The notes under the pieces: generated by a model | The model's input: the letters and a program-made list of their open reading frames with translations, nothing else | The model's database searches: none | Told to the model about the DNA's origin: nothing | Program-made: the position numbers and the translations under genes | Part shown: one piece after another, positions 28,701 to 37,587 of the stretch | Position numbering within the stretch: position 1 is the stretch's first letter | Layout: each line of letters starts with the position of its first letter | DNA from: an uncultured Sutterella sp. | GTDB lineage: Bacteria > Pseudomonadota > Gammaproteobacteria > Burkholderiales > Burkholderiaceae_F | Length of the DNA stretch: 64,000 nucleotides | Direction of reading: 5' to 3' | Assembly: GCA_905206365.1 (NCBI GenBank) | Contig: CAJLHF010000003.1 | Location: 2,589-66,588, forward strand

Positions 28701-29093
28701 TCAGAGCGCGCGGGCGCTCTTCACGTCGAGTTCGATGACCGTGCCGAGGCGTTCTCGTTCGATTTCGGCCGTGATTTCAACGGGGGCGTCCTTGCGGATG
28801 TGGCTCCAGTTGCGATCGTCGTCGAGTTCGGCCACGATCGTGCCCGTGTCATCCGTGAATTCGAACTTTTCACGCGAGAGTTGCTTCGTAAAGCGCCCCT
28901 TCAGAACCACGTGCTGATCGTCATAGCCGTTCTTCTTCACTTCGGCGACGCTCTTCGGGACGTTCACGGGATCGAACCCCTGGGGGCCCGCGGGCGCGGG
29001 TTCAAAACCTTGAGGGGCGGCCTGAAGCGCGGTGACGCCTGCGAAGAGCGCGAAGGCGGAGACGATAGAAACGGCGGTTTTCTTCGTAAGCAT
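28701..29093 (-). CDS. YgiW/YdeI (BOF) family periplasmic OB-fold protein
   Basis: 130 aa from internal ATG (MLTKKTAVSIVSAFALFAGVTALQA signal); conserved core HVVLKGRFTKQLSREKFEFTDDTGTIVAELDDD. Confidence 0.7.
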   Translation of the reverse strand: MLTKKTAVSIVSAFALFAGVTALQAAPQGFEPAPAGPQGFDPVNVPKSVAEVKKNGYDDQHVVLKGRFTKQLSREKFEFTDDTGTIVAELDDDRNWSHIRKDAPVEITAEIERERLGTVIELDVKSARAL

Positions 29094-29231
29094 GGCGTAC
29101 TCCTTGGAAGAGGAAATCGGTTGTCGTTGCTTTTCTTGCAGTTGTCGGGATGGCTTTCCCCGACCGTTGAAGTGAGTGTAGGAAACGAAACTTAGGAGAA
29201 ACATAGAGGCTGAATTTCCTCGAAAAAAAAC

Positions 29232-30191
29232 TCAACCGATCGCGTCGACCTCCTCGACATCCCCGACTGAGTCGGTCGCCGAGAGCCTGCGGATGTCGCG
29301 TAGCGGCGGCTCTCCGAAAAGCCCCTTGTAGTCGCGTACGAACTGCGACGGGCTCTCGTACCCGACCGCAAACGAGACCCCCGTGACGTTCATGCGGCGC
29401 GACAGAAGGAGCTTCCTTGCTTCGTAGAGCCTTACTCGTTTTCGGAACTGGATGGGCGAGAGGCCCGTAAGTTTCCGAAAGTGTCTGTGGAAGGTCGGAG
29501 GCGACATGTGCGAGCGCTCGGCGAGGTCCGCCACCGAGCAGTTGTCGGCGTAGTTGCGTCGTAGCCAGTCGGCGGCGGCCGAGACGGCATTTCCGACGGA
29601 GCCCGCAAGTGCCAGATCGCGCAGAGTGGCGGCCTCTTTCGAGTCGAGCAAAAGCGCATGGATGTCCCTCAACGCGAGCGGCGCACGAATCGCAACGAGC
29701 GAGGGGCGTTCAAGAAGCCGAAGAAGCCGCAGAAAGGCCTCGGCCAAATCGACGTCGGGCCGTATGACGAAAACGCCGCTCAGATCGTCAGCCGACGTTG
29801 AATCGGAGGCTTTCAGGCCAATGGCGGCCGCGTACTCCATCAGGATCGCCAGATCGAGCGACACGGCGAGTGCGAGAAACGGGGCTTCGGGTGACGCATC
29901 AAGCGTATGGAATTCGGTCGGCGAAGCAATGCCGCACACAAGGCTCTGCCCTGGTCCGTATTCAAGCACGTGGTCGCCGACCGCCGTCGCCTTCCGACCC
30001 GAGACGATAAAGGAAACAAGAAGCTCCCCGGCATTGCGTTCGATGAAGTCGTTCGAAGCGATGTGGTAGAGCGCGAGGCCCGGCACGCCTGTGAGCCTCA
30101 CGCCGGGTGTGGGGAGGTGCTTGAGAATGAGACGGCGTGCTTCGTTGAGTTCTTTGCCGTGCTTCTCGACGGCGTCCGTGCGTTCGATCAT
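29232..30191 (-). CDS. AraC-family transcriptional regulator
   Basis: 319 aa; C-terminal double HTH (VADLAERSHMSPPTFHRHFRKLTGLSPIQFRKRVRLYEARKLL...GYESPSQFVRDYK); divergent from the NAD(P)H dehydrogenase/YciI/ABM genes. Confidence 0.85.
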   Translation of the reverse strand: MIERTDAVEKHGKELNEARRLILKHLPTPGVRLTGVPGLALYHIASNDFIERNAGELLVSFIVSGRKATAVGDHVLEYGPGQSLVCGIASPTEFHTLDASPEAPFLALAVSLDLAILMEYAAAIGLKASDSTSADDLSGVFVIRPDVDLAEAFLRLLRLLERPSLVAIRAPLALRDIHALLLDSKEAATLRDLALAGSVGNAVSAAADWLRRNYADNCSVADLAERSHMSPPTFHRHFRKLTGLSPIQFRKRVRLYEARKLLLSRRMNVTGVSFAVGYESPSQFVRDYKGLFGEPPLRDIRRLSATDSVGDVEEVDAIG

Positions 30192-30391
30192 GATGGGTAC
30201 ACCTCGCGAAAGAGAGAAGGGCGGAAGGATGGCTTCCGCCCGGAAATGTCGGAATCCGACTATTTTTCTGGGAATGATCGATTATTTCAATATTTTGAAT
30301 GATTCGATGATACTAACAAGGGTATGTAATAGGAAAATACAAAAACAAACTTCCGTCTCTCAATCCGATTTCGTTCGAAGGAGTTACGAGA

Positions 30392-30964
30392 ATGACGAAA
30401 ATCCTCTTGATTAACGGTCACCCCAACCCGGAAGCCTCGACGGCGGGGAAGGCTATCGTCGACTCGCTGATGAAGCGCCGCCCCGATGTGACCGTGCACG
30501 AACTCAAGGCCGCGTTCGGGAAGTACGGCTTTGACGCGGTCGCCGAACAGGAGGCCCTGCGTGTTGCCGACGTCATCGTGTGGCATTTTCCCTTCTATTG
30601 GTATTCGGTGCCGGCCCTGATGAAGACCTGGATGGACACTGTGCTGACGCGAGGCTTTGCATTCGGTACGGGCGGCACCGCGCTGCACGGTAAGAAGCTC
30701 GTTCTTTCCTTCACGACGGGTGCACCCGCCGAAAAATACGTGCGGGGCGGCGGCATGGGCTGGCCCGTCAAGGATTTTCTTCCGCCTCTGATGCAGACGG
30801 CGCGCTTGTGCGGGATGGAGATGCTGACGCCGATCTGGACGTGCGGCGCTATGTACATCCCGGGTGTGAGTACCGAGGACGACCTGCGCCGCATACGTGA
30901 GGCGGCCGACTCACACGCTGAGCGTCTCCTTGCCGAAATCGAGTCGACTGAAAAGAACGTCTGA
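30392..30964 (+). CDS. Flavodoxin-like-fold NAD(P)H dehydrogenase (quinone) (Flavodoxin_2 / general stress protein 14 / KefG-like)
   Basis: 190 aa; MTKILLINGHPNPEAS N-terminus and VWHFPFYWYSVPALMKTWMD motif; AAGGAG RBS. Confidence 0.75.
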   Translation: MTKILLINGHPNPEASTAGKAIVDSLMKRRPDVTVHELKAAFGKYGFDAVAEQEALRVADVIVWHFPFYWYSVPALMKTWMDTVLTRGFAFGTGGTALHGKKLVLSFTTGAPAEKYVRGGGMGWPVKDFLPPLMQTARLCGMEMLTPIWTCGAMYIPGVSTEDDLRRIREAADSHAERLLAEIESTEKNV

Positions 30965-30976
30965 GGAGAGAAAATC

Positions 30977-31261
30977 ATGCAGTGTCTTGTTGACGTACGT
31001 ATTCGTGACCGCGAAGCGGCGCTTCCCCATCTCCCTGGCCACATCGCTTACCTGAATGCGTACTTCGAATCGGGCGACATTCTCTGCTTCGGTGGTTACG
31101 AAGACGGTACGGGCGGCATGATGATCGTGCAGGCGGATTCGCCCGAAGCGCTTGAGGCGCTCCTTGCCGCGGATCCACTCAAGGCGGCGGATTGCGCCGA
31201 GTGGTTAGTGACGGGTTTTGCGATGAAGCGCCTTTCTGGCGTGCTCGTCGAGGGCGCGTGA
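30977..31261 (+). CDS. YciI-like protein
   Basis: 94 aa; YCII-related domain pattern (HLPGHIAYLNAYFESGDILCFGGYEDGTGGMMIV). Confidence 0.7.
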   Translation: MQCLVDVRIRDREAALPHLPGHIAYLNAYFESGDILCFGGYEDGTGGMMIVQADSPEALEALLAADPLKAADCAEWLVTGFAMKRLSGVLVEGA

Positions 31262-31314
31262 TGCGCGTCGGGGCGGGAAAATCCGCTCCGATCGTTGACT
31301 TTTAGGAGGAAATC

Positions 31315-31758
31315 ATGATTTTACGACTTGCGTTCGCTTCCGCGGCCGCCACGGTTCTCTTGACGGGGCCCGTCGCGGCCGAAGAGGGTGGTGCCGCGGA
31401 CGTTGTCGCTCAAGCGGTTCCCGCGGTCGACTTTGCGCGCTACGAAGGAAACATCGTGCGTCTTTCGAAAATCAAGGTCGACCCAGCGAAGCTTGAAGCC
31501 TACAAGGTCTTCGCCGCCGAGGTGGGCCGCGAATCGATGCGGCTTGAGCCCGGCGTTCGGGTACTCTACAGCCTTCAGGAAAAGAAGGATCCGACTTCCT
31601 TTGCGATCCTCGAAATCTACGAAAGCGAAGAGGCCTATCGGCACCACATCCAGACGCCGCATTTCCGCAAGTACAAGGAAGGAACGGCCGATATGGTGAC
31701 GAGCCTCGAGCTTGTCGACTGCGACCCGCTCGTGCCCGAGGCGCTGATCAAGCCCTGA
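31315..31758 (+). CDS. Antibiotic-biosynthesis-monooxygenase (ABM) domain protein with signal peptide (putative quinol monooxygenase)
   Basis: 147 aa; N-terminal signal (LAFASAAATVLLTGPVAA); ABM-domain core (FAILEIYESEEAYRHHIQTPHFRKY). Confidence 0.65.
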   Translation: MILRLAFASAAATVLLTGPVAAEEGGAADVVAQAVPAVDFARYEGNIVRLSKIKVDPAKLEAYKVFAAEVGRESMRLEPGVRVLYSLQEKKDPTSFAILEIYESEEAYRHHIQTPHFRKYKEGTADMVTSLELVDCDPLVPEALIKP

Positions 31759-32013
31759 GTCACGTCGTAAGGCAAGGCTCGTCGAGATTGCTCGAAGCAC
31801 TGATGAAAGACTGTCCGGCCGGGTGCCGGTGCGGCCTTCGTGCGTCGAAGGTCCGAAGGCGGTTCGGACGAACCGATTGCGCAAACGGCAAAATTTCTTT
31901 GCCCGTCGTGAGCTGGTGGGCCGCCGGTGTGTCCTCCTACACTCGTTGTAAATCTCGTGCGGCGCCCTTTGACCCGGGCGCCCGCGCAACCGACTACAAA
32001 GGAGAACAGCATC

Positions 32014-33180
32014 ATGCCTCGATTCACTCGTTCGGTCCTGACGGCCGCCCTTGCTCTGGCGACGTTCGGTACGCTCGGAACGGCCCAAGCCGCCGACGTT
32101 GAAGTCTACGGTCGTCTCGACACGGGCTTTCTTTATACTATGAACCACGGCGACGCGCAGGACACGACGGAAATGACCTCGGGCCGCTCCACGGGTTCCC
32201 GCTGGGGCCTCAAAGGAAGCGAAGCTCTCACGAGCGACGGCTGGGCCGTCCGTTTCGTTCTGGAATCGGGCTTCGACTCGGATACGGGCGAATTCTCGAG
32301 CTCGGGGAAGCTCTTCGGTCGTCAGTCGACGCTCTCCCTCTACCATCGCTCCTACGGCGAACTCGCCTTCGGTCGCTCCGGGAAGCCCATGTCGGGCGCC
32401 GACCAATTCACCCGCATTGGGAGCTTTACGCCCTTCGGCGTGACGTACGGGGATGCGGGCCTGCTTTTCTACGGGAAGGGCGGGCGCGTCGACAACGGGA
32501 TCTTCTACCGGTCGCCGAAACTTGCCGGCTTTCGCGTTGTCCTCGCAGGCTCGCTCAATACGAGCGGTTCGGAAGCCGAAAAGTGGAACGACAACAACCG
32601 CTTCCTCGGCGGTACCGTCGACTACACGTACGGCAACTTCGGCGTGATGCTCGGTGCGGAACGCATCTTCATGAGTGACGAGGATTACGCCGACAACGAC
32701 GACGCCGATCCCACGACGTTTTTCGTCGGTGCGAAGTACGATTTCGGCTTCATGGAACTCATGGGCGGCTACCAGCGCGGCCAGGGGCTTGATCGCGTCG
32801 GTGCGCTTCAGGGCATCAAGATCGGAAAGCACGGCGAAACCGCGAAAAACGCCCAGATTCAGGATTGGGACGGAAACAGCTACATGATCGGGGCGCGCAT
32901 TCCGGCCTGGGGCGGTTCCGTTCGTTTGAGCGGTATCTACGTCGAAGGCGAAAACAGCCGCAACATCGCGAACAACAACGTGGGCGACCTCGGACGGGAT
33001 GCGGGTTACTACGCGCTCGGCGCGGGCTACATCTATCCCTTCAGCAAGCGTACCAACGTCTACGGCGTTGTTTCACACCTCGAAGGGCGCAAAGGGCTCG
33101 CGAAGGACTACAACATCTACAACGGCGACGGGGACCTCGACCGTACGACGATCGCGGTCGGTTTGGTTCACAAGTTCTGA
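32014..33180 (+). CDS. Gram-negative general porin (betaproteobacterial OmpC/Omp32-like)
   Basis: 388 aa from ATG with AAAGGAGAA RBS; signal peptide ending AQA; VEVYGRLDTGF N-terminus; alternating beta-strand pattern; C-terminal ...VGLVHKF ending in Phe. Confidence 0.8.
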   Translation: MPRFTRSVLTAALALATFGTLGTAQAADVEVYGRLDTGFLYTMNHGDAQDTTEMTSGRSTGSRWGLKGSEALTSDGWAVRFVLESGFDSDTGEFSSSGKLFGRQSTLSLYHRSYGELAFGRSGKPMSGADQFTRIGSFTPFGVTYGDAGLLFYGKGGRVDNGIFYRSPKLAGFRVVLAGSLNTSGSEAEKWNDNNRFLGGTVDYTYGNFGVMLGAERIFMSDEDYADNDDADPTTFFVGAKYDFGFMELMGGYQRGQGLDRVGALQGIKIGKHGETAKNAQIQDWDGNSYMIGARIPAWGGSVRLSGIYVEGENSRNIANNNVGDLGRDAGYYALGAGYIYPFSKRTNVYGVVSHLEGRKGLAKDYNIYNGDGDLDRTTIAVGLVHKF

Positions 33181-33245
33181 CGCCCGAAACAACGCGGGCG
33201 CCGAGGCCTGACGGCCCGCGCCCGCATCTCACGAGGACTTCCATC

Positions 33246-34064
33246 ATGTCATTTGTTCGAAAGTTCGCCGCCGTTGCGGCCGGTGCCTTCCTTGCCGTCG
33301 GGTGCGCGCAGGCGCTCGAAAACACCGTCGCCCCCGACGTGACCGCACCGCTTGCGAAAGCCCCGAAGGTTGCGCTCCTGGTCGGGAATTCCTATTCCTT
33401 CTACAACTGCGGGGTTCACACCTACCTGCGCGGCTTCATGCAAAACGGTACTCCGAAGGAAAGGATGAAAACGCGTCTTCTCACGATTTCCTCGGGCTCG
33501 TTGTCGTTCCACGACATGCGGCACTACCTCGCGCCCCACGAGCAGGATCCCTACGCCGAAGTCAAGAACGGAAAGCTCGCGCATCCCATGTTCGACGTCG
33601 TACTGCTGCAGGAAAATTCGGCGGGCGCCACGTCGAAAAAGCGGATTCCCTTCTTCGAAAAGTACGCGATCGAACAGGCGGACATCATCCGCGAAGCGGG
33701 AAGCACGCCGCTTCTCGTCATGACCTGGGCGAAGAAGGACAAGCCCGACGACATCGTGCGGCTCGCCGACACGACGATTCGCATCGCCAACAAGGCGAAG
33801 ATGCGCGTCGTACCGGTGGGGCTCGCTTTCGCGGAGGCGATCAAGGCGAAGCCCGAGCTTGAAATGTACATGCCCGACAAGAGCCATCCGTCGGCGGCGG
33901 GCTCGTACCTTTACGGTGCCGTCCTTTACGCGACGCTCTTTCACCGTACGCCCGCCGACATCAACTATTTCGGCGAGTGCGAAAAGCCGCTCGACCCCGA
34001 CACCGCCGCGTTCCTGCGCGACGTCGCCTGGAAGACCGTCTCGGAATTCAACGGTTGGCACTGA
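33246..34064 (+). CDS. Lipoprotein with an SGNH/GDSL-hydrolase-like fold (DUF4886-like)
   Basis: 272 aa from internal ATG; lipobox LAVGC; LLVGNSYSF block resembling the SGNH block I (GNS instead of GDS); fold assignment is tentative. Confidence 0.5.
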   Translation: MSFVRKFAAVAAGAFLAVGCAQALENTVAPDVTAPLAKAPKVALLVGNSYSFYNCGVHTYLRGFMQNGTPKERMKTRLLTISSGSLSFHDMRHYLAPHEQDPYAEVKNGKLAHPMFDVVLLQENSAGATSKKRIPFFEKYAIEQADIIREAGSTPLLVMTWAKKDKPDDIVRLADTTIRIANKAKMRVVPVGLAFAEAIKAKPELEMYMPDKSHPSAAGSYLYGAVLYATLFHRTPADINYFGECEKPLDPDTAAFLRDVAWKTVSEFNGWH

Positions 34065-34153
34065 GTCGCCCGAATAACAGCGACTCCCGAAGTTGGAAAC
34101 GGCCCGCACGCTTCACGAGCGTTCGGGCCGAATGCTTTGAGAAAAGCGCCGAC

Positions 34154-34519
34154 TCAGGCTTCGGCGTTCTCGTCCTCTTCTTCGCAACCGAGGTCGTCGA
34201 TTTCGTCGAACGTGAGGAACGGCATCTTCGCCGGCCAGGCGATCACTTCGTCTTCGGAGAGGGCCGTGAGCGCGGCCGGGCCGAGACGGGCGGAGTTCAC
34301 CGCATAGTTGAGCTTGGCGTAGACATGCACGAGGTCGTTCTTGAGAATCTCTTCGGACGTCTCCTCGTCGGGATTCGCCTCAAGCTTGGCGAGCACCTCA
34401 AGGAGCGCTTCGCTCGCGTCGTTCAGGGTGGCCTGAAGCCATTCCGGATCGGGCATCAGGTGCGCCGCTTCGGTCTCGGAAAGGTCGCGGTCGATGTCGG
34501 ACATGTCGTTGAACCTCAC
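34154..34519 (-). CDS. Small, very acidic hypothetical protein
   Basis: 121 aa (or 116 aa from the second Met); Asp/Glu-rich throughout; ends EEEDENAEA; no known motif recognised. Confidence 0.4.
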   Translation of the reverse strand: MRFNDMSDIDRDLSETEAAHLMPDPEWLQATLNDASEALLEVLAKLEANPDEETSEEILKNDLVHVYAKLNYAVNSARLGPAALTALSEDEVIAWPAKMPFLTFDEIDDLGCEEEDENAEA

Positions 34520-34830
34520 AGTTGCGGGAAATAGGGAGAAGAAAGTAAAAACGCCCGAACCGGGGTGTCCCTTCGGAGACGCATGCGCGATACGGGATCG
34601 AGCGGATTCGCTCCATTGTATACCCGCGGACGAACCTTCTCAAATCGGCCCGAAGGTTTGCCCGTATCGCACGATTTCGGGAGGGGCGGCGCGGGCGACG
34701 AGCCAAGAACGCAATCAAGACTTAAGAAATGCGCGCTAAAGTCTTTGTCCGACCTGCGTCGAAAGGCCGCTGCGACGCACCACCCCTCAATTGCGGCCGC
34801 ACACGAATACAAAAAAGGACCCGACCCATC

Positions 34831-35946
34831 ATGCCGGAGAGTAAGGTTGCGGCGCGCCGTGCGCGCAAATTGTCGAAGCGTCGTCAGGGAGGCGCCGATC
34901 GGCCCGTGAGCTACGTGCAGATGCTCGACTACCTGCGCGAATCGCTCAACAAGCGCTTTTACGAAGAACAGGGCTTCCCGCATCTCGAGTTTCTCGCCCA
35001 GAACTGGTCGGGTCCCGAGCAACAGCACGGCGACCTCTCGAACTATTTCGAGCTCCAGGACATGTTCATCGGGTTCGCGTACTCGCTCGCCCGAGCGCTC
35101 CACAGCGGCGCGCCCTACACGCTCGAAGAACGCGAAGACCGCGTCGCGGCGGTGGCGTACGCCCTGGCGGCGACGCTTCTCAATATTCGTCCCGACTACC
35201 GCGACGATTCGAATTGGATGGGTAACGGCGCCCTCGACGCCCTTCGCGACCGTTGGGGCCTCGCGAAGATGATTCACGCGGGCGTGCCCGTGCAGAACCG
35301 CTTCATGGACAAGCGCGACCTCGTCTGTCTCTTCGCGATCGACTTCGTGATGTCGTTCCTCGACATGACGGGCGAACTCGCTCAGATGGGCGGCGACAAG
35401 GTAATTTCGGTCACGAACTGCAAGGACAGCCTCATCACCGCCTACACGGGCTTTGTGACGGCGAACCTGCAGCTTGCGAACTCGACCCTTCCCGACTTCG
35501 AAGGGATCCTCGCCCAGAACCGCGTGACGCCCGAATTCCTCAAGGACTACCCCGACTGGAAGCCCGAATCCGCGGACGCGCTCGACGTCGAACGCGTGGG
35601 CTTCAACAGCATCAATCCCCTCGACATGCAGTTCATGACGGAAATGATGGGGAACGCCGAATTCATGAGCGACATGCGCAACCTCTACCTCACGGACGAA
35701 TCGGCCGCGGTGCCGCAGGGCAAGCGCGAAGAAATCGTCATGGGTTACGTTCTGCGTTACGGACCGCGTTGCAAGCAGGCCTTTGCCGAAGGGCGCGATC
35801 CGACGGAAGAAGAAATGGACCGCGACGCGGAAGTGGTGAATTCGATCGTCTACCATCTGATCGAATCCGTGCGCGGCGCTGGGGCTCCCGCTCCCGAAGC
35901 GCCCGCGCAAGCTCCCGTGCCCGCCGAAGGCGAAGTCAAAGCCTGA
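34831..35946 (+). CDS. Hypothetical soluble protein (no recognised domain)
   Basis: 371 aa from ATG preceded by an A-rich/GGAC RBS-like sequence; basic N-terminus (KVAARRARKLSKRRQGG), Ala/Pro-rich C-terminal tail; upstream part of ORF 34729..35946 probably non-coding. Confidence 0.45.
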   Translation: MPESKVAARRARKLSKRRQGGADRPVSYVQMLDYLRESLNKRFYEEQGFPHLEFLAQNWSGPEQQHGDLSNYFELQDMFIGFAYSLARALHSGAPYTLEEREDRVAAVAYALAATLLNIRPDYRDDSNWMGNGALDALRDRWGLAKMIHAGVPVQNRFMDKRDLVCLFAIDFVMSFLDMTGELAQMGGDKVISVTNCKDSLITAYTGFVTANLQLANSTLPDFEGILAQNRVTPEFLKDYPDWKPESADALDVERVGFNSINPLDMQFMTEMMGNAEFMSDMRNLYLTDESAAVPQGKREEIVMGYVLRYGPRCKQAFAEGRDPTEEEMDRDAEVVNSIVYHLIESVRGAGAPAPEAPAQAPVPAEGEVKA

Positions 35947-36086
35947 TGTTTCACGGCGAATAACCGGTCGGACCGATCAGGCGCTCGATGAAAAGCGGAG
36001 TCTTCTTGAGGGAGGCTCCGCTTTTTATTCGACGTCGTGTGGCGTTCGGGACCGGGCCTTCGACTCTCGGCCCCGGAAGCGGGGAC

Positions 36087-37403
36087 TTACTTCGTCGCGT
36101 CCCCGAGCACGGCCGCCAAGTGAGTGCGCACGCCCGCCGCGAGCGCGGCGTCGTCGATCACAAATTTGTCGGAGTGATTGTTGGCCGCGTTTTTCGCGCC
36201 GGGTGCGTCGACTCCGAGGAAGAAAAAGACGCTCGGAACGCGTTCGGCGTAGAAGGAAAAATCTTCGCTCGCGCCGGGGTTGTAGGCACGCATTGCGGCC
36301 TTGACGCCGAAATCGGCCAAGGGGGCCATCATCGCTTCGGCGAGTTCGGGCGAATTGACGGTGACGGGATAAATTTCGACAAGACGCGTCTCGGCTCGAA
36401 CGCCCGCTGCCTTCGCCGTGCCTTCCACGACTTCGGGGATGCGCTTCAGAATCGTCTTGCGGTTGCCGGGGTGGTTCGAACGGATCGTGCCCGCGAGGTA
36501 GGCCTCGCCCGTCATAACGTTCGCAGTTTCTCCCGCAACGAGTTTCCCGACCGTAACGACGCCGTTTCCTTCCGAAAGGTTGACGTTGCGCGAGACGATT
36601 TGCTGAAGAGCGACCACGGTTTGCGCGGCTGCAAGCGCTGCGTCGTTTCCGGTCCAGGGCATCGCACCGTGGGCTTGCGTGCCGTGAATCTTCACTTCGA
36701 AGCCGTCGGCGGAATTGAGCGCGGGGCCTTTTACGACGACGAGCTCGCCCGCGGGAAGGCGGGCCATCACGTGAATGCCGAACATTCGTTCGATGCCGTA
36801 TTCCTTCAGAAGGCCGTTTTCGACGAGCGCGCGAGCGCCCGAAAGTTTCGGCGACTTCGCGGTGAAGGGGTTTTCGATCGAGTCGCCTTCTTCGGCGGGC
36901 TGAAAGACGAAGACCACCGTACGGTCGATCTCGTTTTTGTGCGCGGCGAGAATCTTTGCCGCGGAAAGAAGCATCGCCATGTGTGCGTCGTGCCCGCACA
37001 TGTGGGAGACGTCGACGTCGTTGCCCCACATGACGCCCTTGGCCTGACTTGCGTAAGGAAGACCCGTACGTTCCTTGATAGGGAGCGCGTCGATGTCGGC
37101 ACGAAGCCCGACCGCGTGCCCTTTGCCGGGATTCAGAACGCCGATCACGGCCGTGGGGGCGTCTTTCCAACCGACGTGCACTTCGTCGACGCCCGCGCGA
37201 CGGAGCACGTCCGCGATATAGGCCTGCGTCTTCTTTTCCTGGTTGCCGAGCTCGGGCATGGCATGGAGCTCGTGGCGCATCGTCACCGTGGCTTCGGTCT
37301 CGGCGGAAACGGCTTCGTTCAACCAGTCGGGTGCGGCGGCGAGTGCGCCGCCCGCAAGCGTCAAAAGAGCAAGAGCCGAAGCCAAGCGCGTTTTGAACAT
37401 CAT
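36087..37403 (-). CDS. Secreted M20-family amidohydrolase (hippurate hydrolase/aminoacylase-like, peptidase M20D)
   Basis: 438 aa; signal peptide MMFKTRLASALALLTLAGGALAA; metal-binding motifs (MCGHDAHMAMLL, ...EEGDS...) of the M20D family. Confidence 0.85.
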   Translation of the reverse strand: MMFKTRLASALALLTLAGGALAAAPDWLNEAVSAETEATVTMRHELHAMPELGNQEKKTQAYIADVLRRAGVDEVHVGWKDAPTAVIGVLNPGKGHAVGLRADIDALPIKERTGLPYASQAKGVMWGNDVDVSHMCGHDAHMAMLLSAAKILAAHKNEIDRTVVFVFQPAEEGDSIENPFTAKSPKLSGARALVENGLLKEYGIERMFGIHVMARLPAGELVVVKGPALNSADGFEVKIHGTQAHGAMPWTGNDAALAAAQTVVALQQIVSRNVNLSEGNGVVTVGKLVAGETANVMTGEAYLAGTIRSNHPGNRKTILKRIPEVVEGTAKAAGVRAETRLVEIYPVTVNSPELAEAMMAPLADFGVKAAMRAYNPGASEDFSFYAERVPSVFFFLGVDAPGAKNAANNHSDKFVIDDAALAAGVRTHLAAVLGDATK

Positions 37404-37587
37404 AGAAAACCTCCGTTGTTATTTTCCGATGATTTCGAGTGTATCGGCGGGATGCGAGAGTTTGCATTCGGGCGCATCGGTCGAAAGGGCGGGAGGGCTT
37501 GCGCTTCGTCACGAAAGGGGAAAAGAAAAAGCGGAGCCTCTCGTGAGGAGACTCCGCCTGGGGGCCTGCGGTCGAGAGCGAACGGTC

